Origin: a virus
Lineage: Duplodnaviria; Caudoviricetes
IMG/VR virus record: IMGVR_UViG_3300020045_006566
Span: 1-40,681 of that record
Length of the DNA: 40,681 nucleotides
Strand: one strand, 5' to 3'
The position numbers and the translations under genes are program-made. Positions 1 through 6,969 of the stretch are shown piece after piece; within the stretch, counting starts at the first letter, position 1; the number at the start of each line of letters is the position of its first letter. Below the pieces are notes generated by a model that was given only the letters and a program-made list of their open reading frames with translations, did no database searches and had not been told where the DNA came from.

Positions 1-121
1 GCTTGAATCGTTCGGGATGTGAACATTCCTTTTTTGAGAAGAGGGGGCGGAGGGGGGCGACGGCTCGGCCGGCGCTTCTTCCTCTTCTCTTTCTTCTTGT
101 GTATTTGAAGGTGGAGGTGAA
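1..121. repeat. Terminal direct repeat, copy 1 (circular assembly overlap)
   Basis: Bases 1-121 are identical to 40561-40681, and a reading frame continues across the junction. Confidence 0.97.
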
Positions 122-510
122 GAGCTTTCTTGTGGGTTACGGTTGGGTATACCCAGAATAAAGCTGTCGGTTATTTGTGGGTTATTTTTAGGGGGTCTGC
201 CGCCCTTTTTACCGTTTTCAGCCGCCGAAACCCGTTTTGACTCTGCATTTGCCATTTCGATGTCCGCCCTTTTGTTGTGGTAGTTACCGTTTTCGTGCGT
301 AAAGTAATAACCCAGAATAAAGCTACAGGTTTTTTCATCGGCCTTGCAAACTCGGGCCAATCGGGTTATATCGTCGCCGATTTCTCCCTTTTTTAGCCAG
401 TAGTGCATGAGTAAAAGCAGATATGCCCCGTGTTCCTCGGCGGACAGTTCTATCGTATCCCCGAGGTAGTCACCTATATAAACCGGCATCCAGATATCGA
501 CTTTGGCCAT
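1..510 (-). CDS. Replication initiator, DUF1376/YdaU-like; 5' part, continues across the junction into 40560-40081 (329 aa total)
   Basis: ATG at 510 gives MAKVDIWMPVYIGDYLGDTIELSAEEHGAYLLLLMHYW...NGKKGGRPPK, the typical DUF1376 N-terminus. The frame is open to base 1 and joins ARIDRLRTAWNYMGLPECRY from 40560. Confidence 0.85.
   Translation of the reverse strand, partial: MAKVDIWMPVYIGDYLGDTIELSAEEHGAYLLLLMHYWLKKGEIGDDITRLARVCKADEKTCSFILGYYFTHENGNYHNKRADIEMANAESKRVSAAENGKKGGRPPKNNPQITDSFILGIPNRNPQESSSPPPSNTQEEREEEEAPAEPSPPSAPSSQKRNVHIPNDSS
131..324. repeat. Candidate iterons/origin inside the initiator gene
   Basis: 15-bp direct repeat ACCCAGAATAAAGCT at 151-165 and 310-324, plus two TGTGGGTTA copies nearby. 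Confidence 0.4.
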
Positions 511-511
511 T

Positions 512-1129
512 TTATTTGAATATCTCCAATGCGACGGCCTCAAGTATCTCGATTTGGCCCTCGCTGTCGATGTAGTCGATAATTTTCATATTACGATTTT
601 TCGCGCTCAATATGGCGTTGCAATGCGTCCGATATCCATATTCACGGTAAAGATTGGTATACGCGTCCCTGTGCGGTGTTCCGGTCTTTGCAACATACTC
701 ATTGACGGTTTTAACTATGTTGCTTCGAGAATCAAGAGGAGGAGCGGTATTACCTATCATCCTCTGACCTTGTGGCTGACTGCTCATAACGAGATTCCCC
801 ACGGCCATTAAGAGCTTTTCGGCAATGTTTTCCAGACGATCGAGCCGTGCTTCTATCCTGCTTTCCTCCGCATTTGCGGTATGTTGACCTACAGGCTTTG
901 TGTAGGTTTCAGCGTTCATACGGAAAAGGTCGGCGGCGTTCTTTCCGAGACCAATTTCTATCATGGCGCATGTTTCCTGAACGCTATAGTCGGCGGGATG
1001 TGCCGAAGTGCTGGCGGCTATTTTACCCGCCACGGCGGGCGATTCGCCCGCCAACTTTCTGGCCCATCTTCTTACCGCCGTGTCATCCTTTCCTGTCGCC
1101 CCTGCAATTTCTTTCGTTGTCATTTCCAT
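512..1129 (-). CDS. Antirepressor-like phage regulatory protein (N-terminal HTH, ORF6C-like C-terminus)
   Basis: GGAGGA RBS before ATG 1129. MTTKEIAGATGKDDTAVRRW is HTH-like; there is a central coiled coil and a C-terminal LYREYGYR...IIDYID segment. Confidence 0.55.
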   Translation of the reverse strand: MEMTTKEIAGATGKDDTAVRRWARKLAGESPAVAGKIAASTSAHPADYSVQETCAMIEIGLGKNAADLFRMNAETYTKPVGQHTANAEESRIEARLDRLENIAEKLLMAVGNLVMSSQPQGQRMIGNTAPPLDSRSNIVKTVNEYVAKTGTPHRDAYTNLYREYGYRTHCNAILSAKNRNMKIIDYIDSEGQIEILEAVALEIFK

Positions 1130-1320
1130 TCCTCCAGTAAAATTTCGCCCTTTTCGCAGTTGAACATTCCTACGCATTCGAAAATCCGTCCGATTTTTCC
1201 ATAGTGAAATTTGTGAAGTATTTCTATTTCTGCCGAAAGTCTTGACGGGTGTATTGTATCGCTCATCACTCCGTCTACGATAACCCGAAAATGCCTTACC
1301 TTGAATCCTGCATCGTCCAT
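1120..1320 (-). CDS. Small hypothetical protein (66 aa)
   Basis: GGGAGGG RBS before ATG 1320 (MDDAGFKVRH...); overlaps the start of the next gene. Confidence 0.65.
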   Translation of the reverse strand: MDDAGFKVRHFRVIVDGVMSDTIHPSRLSAEIEILHKFHYGKIGRIFECVGMFNCEKGEILLEEWK

Positions 1321-1340
1321 GTCTGTTTCCCTCCCGGGAT

Positions 1341-1428
1341 AAAAAAAGGCCGGTCTTGCGCTACCACACGCTTGACCGGCCAAAAGTACAAAATTGCTCG
1401 CGGAAGGTGGTAGTCATCCGTGAGCAAT
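1341..1428 (-). promoter_or_regulatory. Two-hairpin leader RNA/attenuator with complementary loops, ending in an intrinsic terminator
   Basis: Stem 1428-1417/1404-1393 has loop UGACUACCACCU. Stem 1381-1369/1360-1348 has loop UGUGGUAG and is followed by U7. Confidence 0.7.
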
Positions 1429-1440
1429 CTCAACATCCCA

Positions 1441-1468
1441 ATTATACCCCATCCCCTGAAAAAGTCAA
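1441..1468 (-). promoter_or_regulatory. sigma70-type promoter
   Basis: TTGACT-N16-TATAAT on the minus strand, just upstream of the leader RNA. Confidence 0.75.
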
Positions 1469-1470
1469 GG

Positions 1471-1782
1471 TCAGCGGTACAATTCCACCGTTTCCGCTGC
1501 CGGTTCCCGCTCATACAGAATCCGCTTGCCGGTATGGTTTGCGTACCTGAATTCCTCGCGCGCCCCGGACGATTCCGTCCAGTTGTCTAGGAAATACACG
1601 GCTTCGGCGACGTCGATCATCGAATAGCAGATGTGCATGTAATCCTCCCATTCGAGGCCGTCCGGCAGGATTGTCGGCGAAAGGACCGTATGCCGCGCGA
1701 ACCGGAGAAGCAGTATTGCCCGCTCGAAATGCTCGTAATAGTCCGGCTCCCCGGTGATTTTACCCGCGATGTAGACTTTCAT
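1471..1782 (-). CDS. DUF4406 / nucleoside 2-deoxyribosyltransferase-like protein
   Basis: MKVYIAGKITG...SPT...YMHIC..MID..EAVYFLDNW..SSGAREE motif set. Confidence 0.85.
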   Translation of the reverse strand: MKVYIAGKITGEPDYYEHFERAILLLRFARHTVLSPTILPDGLEWEDYMHICYSMIDVAEAVYFLDNWTESSGAREEFRYANHTGKRILYEREPAAETVELYR

Positions 1783-2591
1783 GACTGTGCCTCCTCGAAT
1801 AACTCCGGTTCAACATAGGTTTTTTTCTCGGGCCGTTCGCAAAATAGATACGGACTGCAATATGTCAGTACCTTTTCGTTTGCCTCTTTGAAAAAGTTTT
1901 TCTTGATCTCGAATCCGTATGCCTTCCGGTTAAGGTTTTTGGCCCCGAGAAGGGTTACCGCGCTGCCTGCGCATGGGTCAATTACCACGTCGTCCGGGTC
2001 GGTAAAAATCTCGATTAGGCGTTCCATAAGCGCAAGCGGTTTTTGTGTCGGGTGGACTTTTGGCGTATCATTGTCGCGCGGCCAGTCCATGCAGTTGAAA
2101 ACCATCGAACCGAAATTATTGAACTTCGGGAGCTTTTCCCGGTACAGTAAAAGCGCGTATTCGCAGTTTCCGACGACGCGCATATTTGCCTTGAGCACCT
2201 GCGCAGAGAAGTTTTTCCGAAACACGAGGTTGATATAGTTGTTCAAGCCGTGTTTTTTCGCCTCTTCAATAAGCATGAATTGCTGCTCAAATGAGCAAAA
2301 CACGATCATGCACGGGGCCTTTCCGCGCTCCTTCGGTTCGTTTTTCAGCATTTTACTGCAAAAATGAAGGAATTCGGGAACGCGGAAGTCAAGGTCAGTA
2401 TCGAAAAAGTTCTTTCCGGCCAACTCGCTCGCCCCGTTGGCGTTATCGCCATCGACGTACCATTGCGGATTTGACCCGTAGGCGTTGTTTCCGACGTTGT
2501 ACGGTATGTCCGTCAAGACCAATTGCGCCTTCGGGATGCCGTACACCTTATAGTTTTGAAAATGATCGTTGTATAATTCTACTCGCTCCAC
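1779..2591 (-). CDS. DNA N6-adenine/N4-cytosine methyltransferase (beta class)
   Basis: Catalytic motif TDIPY, then HPTQKP, then SAM-binding DPCAGS and GFEI. Confidence 0.92.
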   Translation of the reverse strand: MERVELYNDHFQNYKVYGIPKAQLVLTDIPYNVGNNAYGSNPQWYVDGDNANGASELAGKNFFDTDLDFRVPEFLHFCSKMLKNEPKERGKAPCMIVFCSFEQQFMLIEEAKKHGLNNYINLVFRKNFSAQVLKANMRVVGNCEYALLLYREKLPKFNNFGSMVFNCMDWPRDNDTPKVHPTQKPLALMERLIEIFTDPDDVVIDPCAGSAVTLLGAKNLNRKAYGFEIKKNFFKEANEKVLTYCSPYLFCERPEKKTYVEPELFEEAQS

Positions 2592-2610
2592 TTCGTTTTT
2601 TCTCCTTGGT

Positions 2611-3072
2611 TCAAATTGCCCTCAACACCCTGTCAACGTACCATGTCACTTCCCCTAGCCGCGCCCCGGATCGGCCCATCTTGTGCGCCGTTATCGCAAG
2701 GCGGGCATCCCCCAGCGCCGCCAGGTTATCAACGTACAGACGCCCCGCGATCACGAGGGAATCGAGCGGACACCACGGGTTGTATTCCCCGTAGGCGGCC
2801 GCCCGTTCCGCGTGAAACCGCTCGTTGATCTGGCATAACCCGATCGATACCCCATCGTCACCGACGGCGCCCGGATTGTACGTCGATTCCGCAAAGGCAA
2901 TGCCCCGGAGAATCGATTCCGGGCAGCCGGTCAAACCCGCGGCGATCTGGTATATCGTCAATTCCGGTTCATCGAACAGAATCGGCGCGTTTCGGTCGTC
3001 GAGATGCGCGGACATGCACCCGGAGGCGAGAACGGCGGCGATGGTCACGGTCAGGAAAAGCACTTTTTTCAT
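2611..3072 (-). CDS. Lytic transglycosylase (SLT-type), probable lipoprotein
   Basis: Signal peptide with lipobox LASGC; IAFAES (catalytic Glu), NPGAVG, GLCQIN and WYVDRV motifs. Confidence 0.85.
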   Translation of the reverse strand: MKKVLFLTVTIAAVLASGCMSAHLDDRNAPILFDEPELTIYQIAAGLTGCPESILRGIAFAESTYNPGAVGDDGVSIGLCQINERFHAERAAAYGEYNPWCPLDSLVIAGRLYVDNLAALGDARLAITAHKMGRSGARLGEVTWYVDRVLRAI

Positions 3073-3081
3073 GGTTTTGCC

Positions 3082-3693
3082 TCAATTTTCCATTGACAGC
3101 GGCATAATTATAGCCGTCATGTTGTTTGTTACAAACTTGACGCCTTTATTTGATGCCCAATAATGGCACTTCCACGGAAACCCGACAGGCAGGTCGGCGA
3201 GATAGTGATGATTGAATACGACCGCTTCCGGGAACGCTCGGAAAAAAGCTATTGTATTTCTGAAAAGCACTACAGACCGTGAGTCATTTTTGAGCGTGAA
3301 GCCCTGAAAGTCTATTACCTGTTTCGGCTCACCCTCGGGCATAACCCGCCTCCAGTTCGGAAAAGTCCCGCAGTCTTTTTCCGATTCGTCGGAAACCCGT
3401 GCAATCTGCGTAACGGTTCGACCGGATTTTACCACCTTGTAATGTCCGGACGTAACCCCGTAGATTTCGGTTGACTTGTGAAGCGGCTCCACAATATGCA
3501 ACCTTGCTCCGTCGGTCGATATTGCACGAAGACCCTTCGCGGGGTCTTCCGCGTCAACAGGCTCCACTAGTATCCAGTTCATGAAATACCGGCATTCATC
3601 GTCACTTACTGCCTTGCCGAGAAAATCAAACTCCTTCGCAAGCAATCCTTCGAGTTCCGCAAAAAGCGAGAACTTAGCTACGTTTTTCCCCAT
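3082..3693 (-). CDS. DNA polymerase III beta-clamp-like protein (partial fold)
   Basis: ISTDGARLH, GTFPNWRRVMP and terminal IIMPL resemble clamp motifs (ATDGHRL, G.FP.Y.RVIP, VMPM). Only 203 aa. Confidence 0.6.
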   Translation of the reverse strand: MGKNVAKFSLFAELEGLLAKEFDFLGKAVSDDECRYFMNWILVEPVDAEDPAKGLRAISTDGARLHIVEPLHKSTEIYGVTSGHYKVVKSGRTVTQIARVSDESEKDCGTFPNWRRVMPEGEPKQVIDFQGFTLKNDSRSVVLFRNTIAFFRAFPEAVVFNHHYLADLPVGFPWKCHYWASNKGVKFVTNNMTAIIMPLSMEN

Positions 3694-3719
3694 ATTTTCA
3701 CTCCTTGTATGGTTTCACC

Positions 3720-4136
3720 TCAAAACGGTATATCATCCGGGAAGTCCGGCGGGGTCTCATCCGTGCGATTTGTGCCCGTCCGTGCGTCGGCGGGACGTTT
3801 CTGGTATCCCGAAGCGGCCTGACCGCCTTGCGTCGATCCCTGACCCGTCTGGCCTTGTCTGCTTGATCCGGTGAATGCGCCCCTGTGGACGTTTCCCGTA
3901 CCCGCTCCGTCTGGCTTCCATGTGTCGACCTCGACGCTGTGAGTATTCCCGTACTGGTCGGTTTCCCGGCGCTGGTTGACTTTCAGTTTGATGTACCGTT
4001 TCCCTGAATCCGGGGTATACCCGTAATCCTTGCAAGCGTCAATCAGCTTGTCAACATCAACGGATATCGTGACGATGCTTCCGCCGCCGTCGAATGTCCG
4101 TTCCTTCCCGCTCCCTACATAAATGCGTTCTGCCAT
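3720..4136 (-). CDS. Putative ssDNA-binding protein
   Basis: Beta-rich N-terminus, G/Q-rich linker and acidic DDIPF C-terminal tip; GGAGGA RBS. Confidence 0.6.
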   Translation of the reverse strand: MAERIYVGSGKERTFDGGGSIVTISVDVDKLIDACKDYGYTPDSGKRYIKLKVNQRRETDQYGNTHSVEVDTWKPDGAGTGNVHRGAFTGSSRQGQTGQGSTQGGQAASGYQKRPADARTGTNRTDETPPDFPDDIPF

Positions 4137-4159
4137 TCCGTTTCCTCCATGTTTAATAC

Positions 4160-4247
4160 ATTATAATGAATAACCGGCATTGTCAACACTTTTATTTTGT
4201 TTTGTTGCAATAAACCGCTTGACGGTGATAATATGTTGTAATAGAAT
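4160..4247. promoter_or_regulatory. Divergent sigma70-type promoters
   Basis: Plus strand: TTGACG(4219)-N17-TAGAAT(4242), 6 nt before ATG 4254. Minus strand: TTGACA and TATAAT (15-nt spacer, suboptimal) upstream of the 4136 gene. Confidence 0.65.
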
Positions 4248-4253
4248 AGGCTT

Positions 4254-4517
4254 ATGGATGAATTGAAAGCGGCGATACGGGCGGTTTCGGGGTTGAAGTG
4301 CGTCGGGGAATGCGAACGGGTGCTGATAAACTGCCGGGATCATTGTTCGTTTTACACCGAATGCTCTGTGATTTCCGACTTTTTCGCCCAATTGGAAGAA
4401 TATGAATCGGACGCCGATAAGGTGCTTGATGGTCTTTCGGAGCTTGAGGCGCCGGAAGACAAGCGGGCGCTGATCGTTTCGTATGGCATTCTTTGCGGGA
4501 TGAGGAGAGGGTCTTAG
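4254..4517 (+). CDS. Hypothetical Cys-rich protein, probably leaderless
   Basis: 87-aa ORF directly behind a promoter, with no SD sequence. Confidence 0.7.
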   Translation: MDELKAAIRAVSGLKCVGECERVLINCRDHCSFYTECSVISDFFAQLEEYESDADKVLDGLSELEAPEDKRALIVSYGILCGMRRGS

Positions 4518-4610
4518 GCTGAACGGCCTAATCTATGTTAGATGGACGCTTTAGCCGTATAACCACTGGGCGCTTATACGGACACACGCCAAGCCCCAAA
4601 GGAGTTACTT

Positions 4611-4832
4611 ATGAATAGATATGTTCCTTGTCCACATTGCGGAAAAGTTGAACCCATTGAAATTGTGAGTGGTGCAGAGTTTTCAGGGGTCGATGAAGGG
4701 GAGTATTATCCTCATTCAGATGCTTTTGCAGCAGTTTGCAATGTTAATAAAGGCGGATGCGGCGCAATGAGTGGGTTTGCACCAACAGAACAAACTGCCG
4801 AAATTAAATGGAATACACGTTTTGGGGCGTAG
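4611..4832 (+). CDS. Lar-family restriction alleviation protein
   Basis: PCPHCG...C....GCGA......A..KWNTR pattern; AGGAG RBS; AT-richer than flanking genes. Confidence 0.8.
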   Translation: MNRYVPCPHCGKVEPIEIVSGAEFSGVDEGEYYPHSDAFAAVCNVNKGGCGAMSGFAPTEQTAEIKWNTRFGA

Positions 4833-4892
4833 AACAACAGCTTCAACCTGACTCAACGCAGTAGCGTTTCGCAGGTTAAGCAAATGTTAGTT
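4829..4892 (+). other. attC recombination site (64 bp)
   Basis: R'' GTAGAAC, 5-nt spacer, L'' CTTCAACC, central hairpin AACGC-AGTA-GCGTT, L' GGTTAAG, 5-nt spacer, R' GTTAGTT. The left arm has two unpaired extra bases (C and A). Confidence 0.75.
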
Positions 4893-5369
4893 TGCCGCGA
4901 TAACCCCGCCGAGGAATCCGATTACCACCCCGGCGGCGAGTCCAATCGCGCCGTATTTCAGGCGGTCGAATTTCATCTTTCTTATTTCATCGTCTCGCGC
5001 GTCAAGGCTTTTTTGTACCGCTTCGTCTTGCCTCTTCGATGAGGCTTTGACTTGATTCCACGAGTCCTGTACCTGAATCGACCAATCGCTCACCTTCATC
5101 ACGTATTCCGTAACCCGACCCTGATACGCTATCCATGCTTCCAATTGCAGCGCCATGCGCTCCACGAGCGGCATCGAGTTCGGCATCGGAAGTATCGACG
5201 GCGGATCGGTTATCCCGGCGCTTACCGGAAAGACCGGCAAGGGTTGCGCCAATAAAGCCGATAAGTCCGGCCCCGATTGCGGCGAAGTTTGCGCCTGCGA
5301 AAATGCCGACAATGAGAACGATAAACACAAGAGCAATAAAAAAACCGATTTTCGTCTTGATTTGCACAT
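4887..5369 (-). CDS. Secreted/membrane coiled-coil protein, spanin-like candidate
   Basis: Signal peptide, Pro-rich linker, coiled coil and C-terminal TM helix; last gene of the lysis module. Confidence 0.6.
   Translation of the reverse strand: MCKSRRKSVFLLLLCLSFSLSAFSQAQTSPQSGPDLSALLAQPLPVFPVSAGITDPPSILPMPNSMPLVERMALQLEAWIAYQGRVTEYVMKVSDWSIQVQDSWNQVKASSKRQDEAVQKSLDARDDEIRKMKFDRLKYGAIGLAAGVVIGFLGGVIAAN
5002..5367 (-). CDS. Membrane protein embedded in an alternate frame, spanin-like candidate
   Basis: GTG start 2 nt from the ATG of the overlapping gene; N-terminal hydrophobic helices followed by a polar helical domain. Confidence 0.55.
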   Translation of the reverse strand: MQIKTKIGFFIALVFIVLIVGIFAGANFAAIGAGLIGFIGATLAGLSGKRRDNRSAVDTSDAELDAARGAHGAAIGSMDSVSGSGYGIRDEGERLVDSGTGLVESSQSLIEEARRSGTKKP

Positions 5370-5578
5370 TATTTCCTTTTCCTTTTGAGGATTGACCGTC
5401 GCGGCTCCGTGTCGAGTTCTATACCAGACACCCCTATTTTCTTGATATGTAGGTACGCCATGCCCCGGAAAACGAGGTACACGGCGAAACCCGCCGCGAC
5501 GATGACCAGGATGAACAAGCCGACGATCCCGGCGATCTCGAGAAGCGGGCGCTTGAGGACCGCGGCGAGTATGTCCAT
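5369..5578 (-). CDS. Small membrane protein (holin/lysis accessory candidate)
   Basis: One long TM segment and a basic C-terminus; tightly packed in the lysis module. Confidence 0.65.
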   Translation of the reverse strand: MDILAAVLKRPLLEIAGIVGLFILVIVAAGFAVYLVFRGMAYLHIKKIGVSGIELDTEPRRSILKRKRK

Positions 5579-5579
5579 G

Positions 5580-5789
5580 CTAGAGTTTCTTTTCCTCGGA
5601 CCATTTGCCGGTTCCGATCATGGTTGCACCGAAACCGATAACCCACTCGAAGCCGCTTTTCCCGAGGAAAAACCCGACGAGTCCCGCGACGATGAGAGCA
5701 AGGCCGAAAAACTTCGCGGAATCTCCGTCCCAGTCCTTATCCGTCACGAGGGAATGAAAAAACTTGAAAAACGATTTTACCATGTTCAT
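5580..5789 (-). CDS. Putative holin (2 TM)
   Basis: 69 aa with two hydrophobic segments and a charged C-terminus; dual-start-like M-N-M; adjacent to the putative endolysin. Confidence 0.55.
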   Translation of the reverse strand: MNMVKSFFKFFHSLVTDKDWDGDSAKFFGLALIVAGLVGFFLGKSGFEWVIGFGATMIGTGKWSEEKKL

Positions 5790-5799
5790 GATGTGCCCC

Positions 5800-6252
5800 C
5801 TATGAAAAGACCCGTACCGACTTCAACACCCCTTCGCGGGCGGTTATGCTGTTTTCAATCGGGTCGTATTCAACCTTGAAATTATCGTCGAGACCGACAA
5901 AATGGGTAAATTTCGTGCGTTCGTTGTACATTTCGCCAATGAGGTATACCCCGTCTTGTTTCGTTACCGCTTTCGGCGCGAAACTGCCGATATACCGCAT
6001 ATCCACCCCGGCGAGTCGAAGCAGCTTATCCTTGTCCAGGATGAGCAATTCATTCCCATCGTCCATGTCGCCGTCTTTGTTGACATCCCCGGATATAATC
6101 CCCTTCAAAATCGCGTTTTGCCATACGACATTCAGGAAATCGTATTCAACGTCATGGCCTTTTTTGAGGGATAACCAGTAGACCATGCACATAAAGAAGC
6201 ATCCGTATTTTGAAATATACCCGATAAGCTGGAGATCCGTTTGCCGTTTCAT
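5800..6252 (-). CDS. DUF261-like / C39-like cysteine peptidase, putative endolysin
   Basis: KYGCFFMC...THFVG...YDP gives a Cys-His-Asp order; lies among small membrane-protein genes. Confidence 0.6.
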   Translation of the reverse strand: MKRQTDLQLIGYISKYGCFFMCMVYWLSLKKGHDVEYDFLNVVWQNAILKGIISGDVNKDGDMDDGNELLILDKDKLLRLAGVDMRYIGSFAPKAVTKQDGVYLIGEMYNERTKFTHFVGLDDNFKVEYDPIENSITAREGVLKSVRVFS

Positions 6253-6506
6253 ACCCCGGCCGTCCCGAACGCGCCGCAGCCGCGCACCTCGTGGATGGTT
6301 TCCTGCCGGACAATCCGTGTTTCGTGATCATCAAGAATATCATCGTGTTTCGTGATCGTCGATTTTAATGCCGTCATGGCATCCGTGTTATTCTTGATTA
6401 TTTCCCCGAACGGCTTGATCGTCAGCCGCACCATAAAGACCGCAAAAGTACCTATCATTGTTACGCAAGCGATCAAAACCGCTGCCCATTCAGGTGTTAT
6501 TGTCAT
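6249..6506 (-). CDS. Single-TM coiled-coil protein (holin/antiholin-like), probably leaderless
   Basis: MTITPEWAAVLIAC... TM, then coiled coil LDDHETRIVRQE; promoter -10 lies 7 nt upstream of ATG 6506. Confidence 0.65.
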   Translation of the reverse strand: MTITPEWAAVLIACVTMIGTFAVFMVRLTIKPFGEIIKNNTDAMTALKSTITKHDDILDDHETRIVRQETIHEVRGCGAFGTAGV

Positions 6507-6513
6507 GAAAATC

Positions 6514-6581
6514 ATCATAAACGCGAAACCTTTATTTTTCAAGTGTTTTCGCTTGCATTGTAATTCATTGTATGTTATAAC
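6514..6581. promoter_or_regulatory. Divergent sigma70-type promoters (lysis operon / tRNA operon)
   Basis: Minus strand: TTGAAA-N17-TATGAT (6542-6514). Plus strand: TTGCAT-N17-TATAAC (6553-6581). Confidence 0.7.
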
Positions 6582-6640
6582 AGAAATACGGTAGCTACTT
6601 ACGTAAGGATCCACGACAGCCGAGAGAGTGCGGCATACGA

Positions 6641-6713
6641 CGTAGGGTAGAGAAATTGGTATCTCGCCACGCTCATAACGTGGAATTCGGCGGTTCGATC
6701 CCGCCCCCTACAA
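6641..6713 (+). tRNA. tRNA-Met(CAT), initiator-like
   Basis: Cloverleaf: acceptor CGTAGGG/CCCTACA (C1xA72), D stem GAGA/TCTC, anticodon stem CCACG/CGTGG with loop CTCATAA, T arm GGCGG-TTCGATC-CCGCC. No encoded CCA. Confidence 0.9.
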
Positions 6714-6874
6714 ATCAAGTCCGTTCCGTGATAACGACGGGCGGCCGCGAGGGAGGCGTACACCCCTGTATCTCCTTCTTGGAGGAATCCGGCCCGGATA
6801 GGGTAAAGAAGCTAACCTGCTAGAGCGTCATGAGAACCGTCCGCGAACGGTTGAAATTGCAGGATCGCGGGCCA

Positions 6875-6946
6875 CGGGAAATAGCTCAATTGGTAGAGCA
6901 ACGGACTGAAAATCCGTCGGAAATGGTTCGATTCCATTTTTCCCGA
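6875..6946 (+). tRNA. tRNA-Phe(GAA)
   Basis: Acceptor CGGGAAA/TTTCCCG, D arm GCTC-AATTGGTA-GAGC, anticodon arm ACGGA-CTGAAAA-TCCGT, T arm AATGG-TTCGATT-CCATT. Confidence 0.9.
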
Positions 6947-6969
6947 TATCTCAAGGAGGACTATTTTAC

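Larger units (their letters stand above)
4537..4892 (+). mobile_element. Integron-type gene cassette carrying a Lar-family gene
   Basis: Starts at core site GTTAGAT (GTTRRRY, 4537), contains a single ORF and ends in an attC directly at the stop codon. Confidence 0.65.

Noticed and set aside
1-121. Terminal repeat as a biological DTR or att site
   Set aside because: It falls mid-gene and the frame reads through once it is collapsed; best explained as assembler overlap.
4517-4543. Second, upstream attC before the Lar cassette
   Set aside because: GCTGAAC...GTTAGAT is too short and lacks L boxes; at most a remnant or secondary insertion site.
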